Positions 1 to 7,233 of a DNA stretch of 11,204 nt are shown here, in pieces. The first letter of the stretch is position 1, and the number at the start of each line of letters is the position of its first letter. A program made the translations under genes and the position numbers. The stretch spans positions 1 to 11,204 of the forward strand of contig CAZRLL010000129.1 in NCBI GenBank assembly GCA_964600735.1, given 5' to 3'. This DNA is from an uncultured archaeon (lineage in GTDB: Archaea > Asgardarchaeota > Heimdallarchaeia > Heimdallarchaeales > Kariarchaeaceae). The notes under the pieces were generated by a model. It saw only the letters and a list, made by a program, of their open reading frames with translations, was not told the origin of the DNA and did no database searches.

Positions 1-1053
1 AGTAAAGTCTTTCTCCGCGTAAACTAGTGCATCTGCAAGTATTAACCTTCCTTCTGCATCAGTGTTATCTATTTCTATGGTTTTACCATTACTTGCTGTA
101 ACTACATCTGCAGGTTTAGTTGCCCTTGCCGACGGCATATTTTCGGTTAGGGGTGCTAGACCAACAGCATTTAAAGCTAAACCTAATTTTGATATTCCAA
201 GTAATGTCCCGATTACTGCAGCTGCCCCACCACAATCTCCTCTCATGGCACCCATACCAGAACCTGGTTTTAGAGAAATTCCGCCGGAATCAAATGTTAT
301 ACCCTTACCGACAAAAATAACTGGTTTATCACCTTCGTTTCCCCCATTGTAATGAATTTCTAGGAATTTTGCGGGTTCATCTGTACCTGCTGCGACTGAT
401 AAAAACGAGCCCATATTTTTCTTTTTAGCCCAATTCTCATCATGACTAATTATTTTGGTGTTTTGGATACCCTCAAACAACTTTTCGGTATGCTTAACAA
501 AATATGTAGGTGTTGCAATATTTGATGGAAGCTCGGTTAATCTTCTAGCTTCATTTTGTGATATCGCAATAATCTCACCATTATTCCAATTATTAATTTC
601 TTCTTCGTTACCGCAGAAAATTACTTCTTCAATGGTTTTCCTTTCATCTTTCTTTTGGGTTTTTAATTCATCAAATCGGTAAAGGGCTAATAATACTCCC
701 TCAGCAGTACTTTGACCATCTGAATTTAAAGCCTCTATTGCAATTCTTTTAGCACCCAATTTTCTTAGTTTTTTCACCCCCTTTGCTGCTGCAACTCTTA
801 CTGATTCGTGGTTAGTCTCATCATTTTTTCCCAAACCTACAAGAACTACACGCTTTGCAGAAACACCATTAATTCCGTAGAGAACCAATTTTTGTTTTTT
901 CTTCCCCGTAAAATCTCCAAGTGATAATACTGGTTCCAAATTATCTTTGATTCTAGCCCCAGCACCCTTTACAATGTCATCTTCATAAAACCCAATCACT
1001 ATTCCATCTAAATCTAGCGATTCAATTTGCTCACTGCTTACTGATATTTTCAT
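1..1053 (-). CDS. Leucyl aminopeptidase family M17 (C-terminus truncated by window edge)
   Basis: Reverse-strand frame open from ATG at 1053 to window start; reads MKISVSSEQIESLD... with M17 signatures VGKGITFDSGGISLKP, MRGDCGGAAAV and IEIDNTDAEGRLILADALVY. Absent from the ORF track because it leaves the window. Confidence 0.93.
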   Translation of the reverse strand, partial: MKISVSSEQIESLDLDGIVIGFYEDDIVKGAGARIKDNLEPVLSLGDFTGKKKQKLVLYGINGVSAKRVVLVGLGKNDETNHESVRVAAAKGVKKLRKLGAKRIAIEALNSDGQSTAEGVLLALYRFDELKTQKKDERKTIEEVIFCGNEEEINNWNNGEIIAISQNEARRLTELPSNIATPTYFVKHTEKLFEGIQNTKIISHDENWAKKKNMGSFLSVAAGTDEPAKFLEIHYNGGNEGDKPVIFVGKGITFDSGGISLKPGSGMGAMRGDCGGAAAVIGTLLGISKLGLALNAVGLAPLTENMPSARATKPADVVTASNGKTIEIDNTDAEGRLILADALVYAEKDFT

Positions 1054-1126
1054 TATATTCGGTTCCTTTTTTCATTACTTTTGAATTTTATTTTTTTAAT
1101 AATCTATTTTAATAATAAAACCAAAA

Positions 1127-2461
1127 CTAATTATTGTGCATATCAAAAACTGTTTTTTCAAAACTTTCCATTAGCTTATTCAGGTTGATTCCAACTAATT
1201 CACGATCTCTCATTTTCCACTCACCATTTATCATAACATCACTTACATCATTGCCTGTTGCGGAGTAAACCAAGTGAGATAGGACAGTTTCTAATCTCGT
1301 TATTGGTAATAAATATGGTTTCTTTAAATCAATTACAGCAAAATCAGCTTTCTTGCCAACTTGGACACTACCAATCGAATCCTTCCAATTTAATACTTTT
1401 GCACCACCATATGTTGCCATCTTGAGTGAAATCCAAGCAGGCATAACTGTTGGATTTAAGGCCATACTTTTTTGAGCGATTGCTGTTGTTTTCATTGTTT
1501 CAAATATATCTAGACCATTATTACTGGATGGACCATCAGTTCCCATCCCAATTTTGTTAGTATAGTCAAGCATTTCCTTTATCTTGGGAATGGCATTTCC
1601 TAATTTCATATTACTCACAGTGTTTATAGCTATACCAACCTTATTCTCTGTAATTGTTTTGATATCTTTGGTGTTCATTTCAATGCAGTGTGCAGCAATC
1701 ATATCTTTGTCTAGGACTCCTAATTTGGACAGATATTCGGTTGGAGTTTTTACTTTCAATGGTATATCGAAACCAAATCGTTTGGCTAGGGCATGAATTA
1801 AATTCATTTCATTTTTATCTTCAGCTAAATGAGTGTGTACAGCTATTTTCTTGCTTGCGGTTCTGTTGTAAGAATTTTTAAATTCATATATGTCCTGGAA
1901 ATCATCTTTGGTCACGGTGTAGGTTGCATGCGGGGTTAGAGCAACTCTAATCATGTCCCCCTCTTTTTCATGCCATGTCTTTATTATGGAAGAGAATTCA
2001 TCGACACTATTTATCCCAGAAATTAGTGGCGTTCCAAGCATCAATCTAACACCTACATCATTGAACGCCTGTGCTTCACTATTTGGGTGCCAATACATCG
2101 AATTCAGGGTTGTACAACCCGACATTAGTGCCTCCACTGCAGCTAATTTTGCACCTGCATAAACCTGATCAGCAGATAGTTTCGCTTCCAACGGCCAAAT
2201 ATGATCGTTTAACCAATTTTGCAGAGGGATATCATCTGCATATCCTCGAAACAGAGTCATTGCAGCATGTGTGTGAGTATTTACAAGACCTGGTATTAAT
2301 ACATGATTTGGGAAATCATAAACCTCCTTACCAGAGGCGTCTAATTCCTTACCCACTTCTGTGATTGTATGGTCCTCAACTGCAACCATCCCATTTTCAA
2401 TGATAAATGGCTGATCATCATGAAAACTAGCCACATAACGGGATTTAATAATAAAATCCAT
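1127..2461 (-). CDS. mtaD: Amidohydrolase, 5'-methylthioadenosine/S-adenosylhomocysteine (or 5'-deoxyadenosine) deaminase family
   Basis: 444 aa; metal-binding VNTHTHAAMTLFRGYADD, HTHLAED, AAHCIEM, and GTDGPSSNNGLDIFETMK motifs of the TRZ/ATZ/MtaD family. Confidence 0.88.
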   Translation of the reverse strand: MDFIIKSRYVASFHDDQPFIIENGMVAVEDHTITEVGKELDASGKEVYDFPNHVLIPGLVNTHTHAAMTLFRGYADDIPLQNWLNDHIWPLEAKLSADQVYAGAKLAAVEALMSGCTTLNSMYWHPNSEAQAFNDVGVRLMLGTPLISGINSVDEFSSIIKTWHEKEGDMIRVALTPHATYTVTKDDFQDIYEFKNSYNRTASKKIAVHTHLAEDKNEMNLIHALAKRFGFDIPLKVKTPTEYLSKLGVLDKDMIAAHCIEMNTKDIKTITENKVGIAINTVSNMKLGNAIPKIKEMLDYTNKIGMGTDGPSSNNGLDIFETMKTTAIAQKSMALNPTVMPAWISLKMATYGGAKVLNWKDSIGSVQVGKKADFAVIDLKKPYLLPITRLETVLSHLVYSATGNDVSDVMINGEWKMRDRELVGINLNKLMESFEKTVFDMHNN

Positions 2462-2534
2462 TATTAATTCAATGATCCAATCTGTATTTTAATAGTATTT
2501 TCAATTAAGGAATATTATCAAGTATGAAATTAAC

Positions 2535-3350
2535 TCAATACCAGTATCTTTTATCTCCTTTATCTTTAATCATATCACTAACAATTTTTGCTGCTTCATT
2601 TGCTGCTTTAATACTAGAAGCCTCTCCTTTTACCGCAAATTCGTTGGTTGCTCGATTTGCATAAACTGCACAAACTGCACCTACTTCTATATTGTATATG
2701 CTCCCCATAATAAACATCAGACTGGCTTCCATATCAAAATTCATCACATTTGCTTTCTGTAAATCCTCCACTAATGACTTCCGATGACTCGGTAAATAGT
2801 GGTTCCAACCTACCCTTCCCTGTCCCGCGTAAAATGATGAAGAACTGCCTGTGATACCAACATGATAGGGTAAATTGTTTTCCTCACAGGCTTTAATAAG
2901 CGCAGAAGTGATCATTCTTGAAGCATAAGCAGGAAACTCTGGTATTACATAATGTGCACTTGAATCTTCGAGTCGTACTGCTGCTTCGCTAATGACCAAA
3001 TCACCAAGTTCAATTTCTGGTTGTAGAGCACCACAACTACCAACACGAATAATATTTTTAATATTCACATTTTTCAATTCAGCAATCGCTATTTCACAAG
3101 CTGAAGGACCTATTCCACTTGACACGGCAGATATCTCTGTTTCCTTGTATTTTCCGGTATAAGATGTAAATTGTCGATAGTCAGCTACTTTTTTTGCTTC
3201 TTCCCAATAATCTGCAATTTTCTTTACCCTTTGGGGATTTCCTGGCATTAAGACAATATCTGCCAAATCACCGGGTTTTACTCTTAGATGATATTGAAGC
3301 CCTTCATCGGTTTCAACAGAAACAGCATCTTTTGCTTTATGATCACTCAT
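2535..3350 (-). CDS. Nucleoside phosphorylase, uridine phosphorylase-like (PNP/UDP family)
   Basis: ORF 2535..3377; likely start at internal Met (MSDHKAKDAV, 3350). Motifs VLMPGNPQRVKKIA, IIRVGSCGALQPEIELGDLVI, NFDMEASLMF typical of NP-I family phosphorylases. Confidence 0.88.
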   Translation of the reverse strand: MSDHKAKDAVSVETDEGLQYHLRVKPGDLADIVLMPGNPQRVKKIADYWEEAKKVADYRQFTSYTGKYKETEISAVSSGIGPSACEIAIAELKNVNIKNIIRVGSCGALQPEIELGDLVISEAAVRLEDSSAHYVIPEFPAYASRMITSALIKACEENNLPYHVGITGSSSSFYAGQGRVGWNHYLPSHRKSLVEDLQKANVMNFDMEASLMFIMGSIYNIEVGAVCAVYANRATNEFAVKGEASSIKAANEAAKIVSDMIKDKGDKRYWY

Positions 3351-3470
3351 TTTGATGATCGTGATAATTTTTAACAATTAAAAACACCTTAGAAGAATTA
3401 CCTAAATGAATCACAATAAAATTACACTTTATACGTCAACGATATAGTGATATGACAAAACGAAACAATT

Positions 3471-4001
3471 CTAATGGATAGCCAAAGGAAAATTCTTCTC
3501 TCCTGCCTCAATTCTTACTTTTAACCAGTTTTCATAGGGTGGTAAAGGGCAGGCATAGTTCTCACTATACGCACAATAGGGTGACATTGCAAGATTAAAA
3601 TCCAAAACAAATATATCCCCTTTTTTTTCCGGATATAAATAACGACCAGCACCATAAGAATCCTCACCTGATGTTTTGTCACGGAATGGGACAAAATATA
3701 TATCTGGGTTATCAGTTGATTGATAAACATGAATTTCAACTTCCTCTTCATTTATTTTGAATTCAAGATAACCAATGCGTAAATAATTACTCACACTACC
3801 AGTAGATTCTTCCATCTCAATAATTTCAGGTGATTCATAGGAATTTAATGTTAATTCAAATCGATAGTTTTCAGCAATTGAGTAGTATTCAAGGCTAAAA
3901 AAATCGTCTCTCAATTCATGAGGAATTGGAGAGTGATGTGACGTTTTGAAATAACGATCTTTGTTCGCTCTATCTATCTCTATCTGTTTTTTATATTTCA
4001 C
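3471..4001 (-). CDS. DUF1684-family protein
   Basis: 176 aa; conserved FVPFRDKTSGEDSYGAGRYLY...GDIFVLDFNLAMSPYCAYSENYACPLPPYENWLKVRIEAGEK pattern. Confidence 0.85.
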   Translation of the reverse strand: MKYKKQIEIDRANKDRYFKTSHHSPIPHELRDDFFSLEYYSIAENYRFELTLNSYESPEIIEMEESTGSVSNYLRIGYLEFKINEEEVEIHVYQSTDNPDIYFVPFRDKTSGEDSYGAGRYLYPEKKGDIFVLDFNLAMSPYCAYSENYACPLPPYENWLKVRIEAGEKNFPLAIH

Positions 4002-4073
4002 AATATAAAAATGGTTTTATCAAATATAAACAGTAACTTTCCGATAAAAAATGACCGCACTTTTGGAGTTAAA

Positions 4074-4556
4074 TTATCTCATAAAAGTAAATTTACCCGT
4101 TAGCAATGCTAATCCCAAAGTCAAAGTACCCAAACTCCCCATATCTCCAGCTGGTATTTGCACTATAACATCTCCCATTTCCAGATCTTTTCGAGAAAGG
4201 CCCGGATCAGAGCCACCAAAAACTGCTATCCATCTCTTCCCTTGTAGATTTTCAACAATTTTTGAATCCAGATTCTCCTTTCCATAAGGAGGAGGAGCAA
4301 CAACAATCAGTATATCAGGTGAGAAAAGTTCCTTTAAATCGGCAATTTCATACAGTGACATAAAATTAATATCGTGCTTTAAGGCAAGTTTTTGAGCAGC
4401 TGGTAATCCCCGTTGAGCAGCTGAACCCTGTGCTTGAGTAATGATCAACGATTTAAAACCCATACCAGCAGCAATTCTAACAAATTCAGAACATCGATTG
4501 GCAGATGCAACATTATGAAAAACAATTATTGGGAAGCTAGTCATATATATTATCAC
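4074..4556 (-). CDS. COG4080-like SpoU/trefoil-knot RNA methyltransferase family protein
   Basis: 160 aa, FPIIVFHNVASANRCSEFVRIAAGMGFKSLIIT...AAQRGLPAAQKLA...ILIVVAPPPYGKE; resembles archaeal proteins of this family by pattern memory, not searched. Confidence 0.6.
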   Translation of the reverse strand: MIIYMTSFPIIVFHNVASANRCSEFVRIAAGMGFKSLIITQAQGSAAQRGLPAAQKLALKHDINFMSLYEIADLKELFSPDILIVVAPPPYGKENLDSKIVENLQGKRWIAVFGGSDPGLSRKDLEMGDVIVQIPAGDMGSLGTLTLGLALLTGKFTFMR

Positions 4557-4620
4557 CTCGAATGATGATTAAAATTTCTGAGGTAGGTAAATTGGTATTA
4601 GCAAATAGCTTGTATGTTTT

Positions 4621-5091
4621 CTATACGTCATTACTAAATTCATTTTCTCGAATTAGTGATGATGATAATAAATTTCCATACTCATCCTTTAGCCAAGGGA
4701 TCACAATTACATCAAGAGGTGACAGTCCATTTTCTTCACGCATTTGATTGATTTTATGTGCACTTTTCCTTGTCTCTTGAGAAACGACAATTACATCAGC
4801 GCGAGGATCGTTTGGAGCAGGTCCCCAATTATCATACAGTGGATCCACGTCCACCTGATCACAATATTGCGATAAGTATTCTCTCACATTTTTTGCCCGT
4901 ATTTCATAACCCTGTATAAAGTTGTTAAATTGTTTATCCTTGAAGAGTTTCTTACCTAGTTCTTCGGAAACTATACCCGCAAAAACCTCCTTGGCTGCAA
5001 ATGCTGCGGTGTGAAGTAATAGCCGATGAGCATCGTGGAGTCTATCAAAAGTTCCTCCAAGAACTGCACGGGTGTATGGTTTCTCATCCAT
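4621..5091 (-). CDS. coaD: Phosphopantetheine adenylyltransferase, archaeal/eukaryotic type
   Basis: 156 aa; nucleotidyltransferase motif AVLGGTFDRLHDAHRLLL and ADVIVVSQETRKSAHKINQMREENGLSPLDVIVIP...SSSLIR. Confidence 0.9.
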   Translation of the reverse strand: MDEKPYTRAVLGGTFDRLHDAHRLLLHTAAFAAKEVFAGIVSEELGKKLFKDKQFNNFIQGYEIRAKNVREYLSQYCDQVDVDPLYDNWGPAPNDPRADVIVVSQETRKSAHKINQMREENGLSPLDVIVIPWLKDEYGNLLSSSLIRENEFSNDV

Positions 5092-5345
5092 ATGTTAGTT
5101 GTTGTCTATGTTGAAAATATATAATATTACTTGCGTGGATTGGGTTTAAAATCAATACGGGGCACATTTATTAGTCGAGTCACTCTTCAATTAAAAATTT
5201 TTGAAATAAAATCCTATAGATTGCATTTTACAACACAATAAGGTAACAACTAATTTAAACGGGTTTTCCTGATTTTACACTGTAAGAGTCTTACCTGAAT
5301 CGACTCAACTATTTTTGAATGCTAGAAGGATCAAATGTATGATAT

Positions 5346-5417
5346 ATTATGAAATGATGAACGTGAGTCCTGGATTTTTCACAAAAAATGACCTTAAAAC
5401 CGCAAACTGATCATAAT
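5346..5417 (+). ncRNA. Candidate C/D-box sRNA
   Basis: C box ATGATGA (5354-5360) and D box CTGA (5407-5410) flanked by a perfect 7-bp terminal stem ATTATGA (5346-5352) / TCATAAT (5411-5417). Possible degenerate D' CTGG (5370-5373); C' is weak. Confidence 0.38.
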
Positions 5418-5490
5418 TATCAACAAAAGACATTCCTTATAGCGATTTACAACAATTATGGTATTTTATTGGATGATCCATAAATACAAT

Positions 5491-5500
5491 TTTTTATAAG
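5491..5500 (+). promoter_or_regulatory. TATA-like box for the 5S rRNA transcription unit
   Basis: TTTTTATAAG centred about 25-27 nt upstream of 5522, the first base of the closing stem of the permuted 5S RNA. Confidence 0.6.
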
Positions 5501-5521
5501 GATAATCGATTCATAGAATTA

Positions 5522-5671
5522 GACTCATCAACCGGATAAGTTAAGCCTCGTCCCGGATTTATTTGTACTAATCTGCGTGAGCGTTTGGGAATTTGGTCAA
5601 GCTGCGTATTATCGCGGTCATAGGGCGAGTGTGACACCGGAAAACATCCGAACTCCGATAGCTGGTGAGTC
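5522..5671 (+). rRNA. Circularly permuted 5S ribosomal RNA (3' portion encoded before 5' portion)
   Basis: Segment 5536-5605 matches the 3' half of archaeal 5S (AAGTTAAGCCTCG, TTGTACTA, GCGTGAGC, TTTGGGAA, GCTGC); segment 5614-5660 matches the 5' half (GCGGTCATAGGGCGAG, GTGACACCGG, CATCCGAACTCCGA). Helices: I 5601-5606/5613-5618 capped by UAUUAU; II 5547-5553/5623-5629 (GGGCGAG with CUCGUCC); III 5638-5641/5654-5657; V with GUGA tetraloop 5577-5580; new terminal stem 5522-5530/5663-5671. Confidence 0.9.
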
Positions 5672-5673
5672 GA

Positions 5674-5684
5674 TTTTTCTTTTT
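5674..5684 (+). terminator. T-rich archaeal-type terminator of the 5S gene
   Basis: TTTTTCTTTTT begins 3 nt after the last base of the closing stem. Confidence 0.6.
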
Positions 5685-5738
5685 CGTTATTCATTAGTTT
5701 TAGGTTACAAATATTTTTGAATTGAATTCTGAAATGAT

Positions 5739-6680
5739 TTAAAAATTAGCTATCTCAGGTAAAACCTCATCTCTTAGTGTTTCAATTGGGGTAATTTCAA
5801 AGATATTGGGAAGATTGACAATCGCATGCTCAATACCTACATCTGCTAATTCTTTTAGGTAATCAATTACATCCTGAGGAGATTGTTTATCAGGTATAAG
5901 CTCTACAGTACCAAGAGTTGTTTTTTCAATCTCATCATAATTTCTACCCAAATTCTCGCAATGATTTTTCAATACTTGTAATTTATTCAACAAGGTCTCT
6001 TTGCCTGCTCTTGAAAACAAATTACAGGTATCTGCATATTGGGCAACCATTCTTAGCGTTTTTTTCTCACCCATTCCTCCAATCATAATTTTTGGATGTG
6101 GTTTTTGTATCGAAGCTGGAGCATTATGTGTATCTTTCAATTGGTAATGTGCTCCAGTGAATGATTCAGAATCATCAGACCACATCTGTTTTGCGATCTG
6201 TATTGCCTCTTCCAACATTTCAAATCGAATCTTAACAGCTGGAAAGGGGAAACCATAAGCTTCTGCTTCTTCTTTGTACCAGGCAGCACCGATCCCAAAA
6301 TAAGCTCTCCCTTGGGATAATACATCTAGAGTTGTTGCTTGTTTGATTAAAAATGCTGGATTTCTGTATATCACACCAGTTAATAGAGTTCCTAGTTTAA
6401 CATTTTCTGTTATTCCAGCAAAAAAATTAAGCACAGAATAGCCTTCAAGCATGGGATCTGTATATTGTAGACCAAATAAATTTTGAATCTGATAATAGTG
6501 ATCCATCACCCAAAGTGAGTGAAATCCTCCATTATCAACTGTTTTTGCGATCGCTATTAAATTTTTTGTGATTTCAGAGTCCCCACCAGGAAAGGTAAAA
6601 TTTGGAATCTGTATACCAAGCTTCATCTGCTTGAATAATTCTTGAAATTTTATAAGTTTATCTGAATTCCTAGAATTCAA
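5739..6680 (-). CDS. Luciferase-like (LLM class) F420-dependent oxidoreductase
   Basis: 313 aa; MKLGIQIPNF, HSLWVMDHYYQI, VKLGTLLTGVIYRNPAFLIKQATTLDVLSQGRAYFGIGAAWYKEEAEAYGFPFP, PKIMIGGMGEKKTLRMVAQYADTCN. Confidence 0.9.
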   Translation of the reverse strand: MNSRNSDKLIKFQELFKQMKLGIQIPNFTFPGGDSEITKNLIAIAKTVDNGGFHSLWVMDHYYQIQNLFGLQYTDPMLEGYSVLNFFAGITENVKLGTLLTGVIYRNPAFLIKQATTLDVLSQGRAYFGIGAAWYKEEAEAYGFPFPAVKIRFEMLEEAIQIAKQMWSDDSESFTGAHYQLKDTHNAPASIQKPHPKIMIGGMGEKKTLRMVAQYADTCNLFSRAGKETLLNKLQVLKNHCENLGRNYDEIEKTTLGTVELIPDKQSPQDVIDYLKELADVGIEHAIVNLPNIFEITPIETLRDEVLPEIANF

Positions 6681-6845
6681 TGACTACATTAGTGAAATAT
6701 GAAAAATACGCGAAATGCAGAATTATATCTTTTCGAAATTATAATGTAAAAGAGTTTATGAGCAATAATGAAGGATTAAATATAACGTCTAGTTATCCAA
6801 AAGCTTGCAAAAATATTTTTAAAAATAGAATCCAGCATTTTTCTA

Positions 6846-7229
6846 GTGACGAAGAGTAATATTGTCAAAGACATATACCTAAAATTGATTGATAAAGCAT
6901 TTACTAATGGTATAATTTCGACTGATGAATCCCAAATGTTGGAGAAGATTAAAAATGAACTCGTGGATTTTGACAAATATCTGACTATTGCTATGGAAGA
7001 TAGGATTATCACGCCAGATGAGTTAGAGACTTTAAAGAAAATCCAAAATTCAATTGTATCTGAAGCAGAAACAGTTGCCAAAGAGGATAAAATAATTACT
7101 CGGGACGAAGAAATATTATTGGAAACATTGAACAAATTGCTAAAGAAATCAATTGACAGGCATGTTGATATAAGTCAAATTAATAAAATGTATCGAGAAA
7201 TTTTCAAAACCAGACTATTTATTCCCTGA
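6846..7229 (+). CDS. Small uncharacterised protein with three tandem acidic repeats
   Basis: 127 aa, GTG start in ORF track; repeat pattern xxNGIISTDESQMLEKI / MEDRIITPDELETLKKI / KEDKIITRDEEILLETL. Confidence 0.65.
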   Translation: MTKSNIVKDIYLKLIDKAFTNGIISTDESQMLEKIKNELVDFDKYLTIAMEDRIITPDELETLKKIQNSIVSEAETVAKEDKIITRDEEILLETLNKLLKKSIDRHVDISQINKMYREIFKTRLFIP

Positions 7230-7233
7230 TTTG

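Noticed and set aside
62-352. 96-aa plus-strand ORF
   Set aside because: Antisense to the M17 aminopeptidase active-site region.
1584-2364. Several plus-strand ORFs of 63-97 aa inside the amidohydrolase
   Set aside because: They are antisense to a gene with clear catalytic motifs.
4051-4287. 78-aa plus-strand ORF
   Set aside because: Antisense shadow of the conserved 4074-4556 minus-strand gene.
5522-5671. Interpretation as two 5S pseudogene fragments from a tandem array
   Set aside because: Conserved positions are intact, both halves pair with each other in all helices, the outer ends form a dedicated 9-bp stem, and promoter/terminator-like signals flank exactly this unit.
5494-5694. 66-aa minus-strand ORF in the track
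   Set aside because: It lies entirely antisense to the 5S rRNA gene and its flanking signals; composition and length are explained by chance.
6776-7135. 119-aa minus-strand ORF
   Set aside because: Antisense to the 6846-7229 repeat protein, whose internal protein repeats support the plus-strand frame instead.
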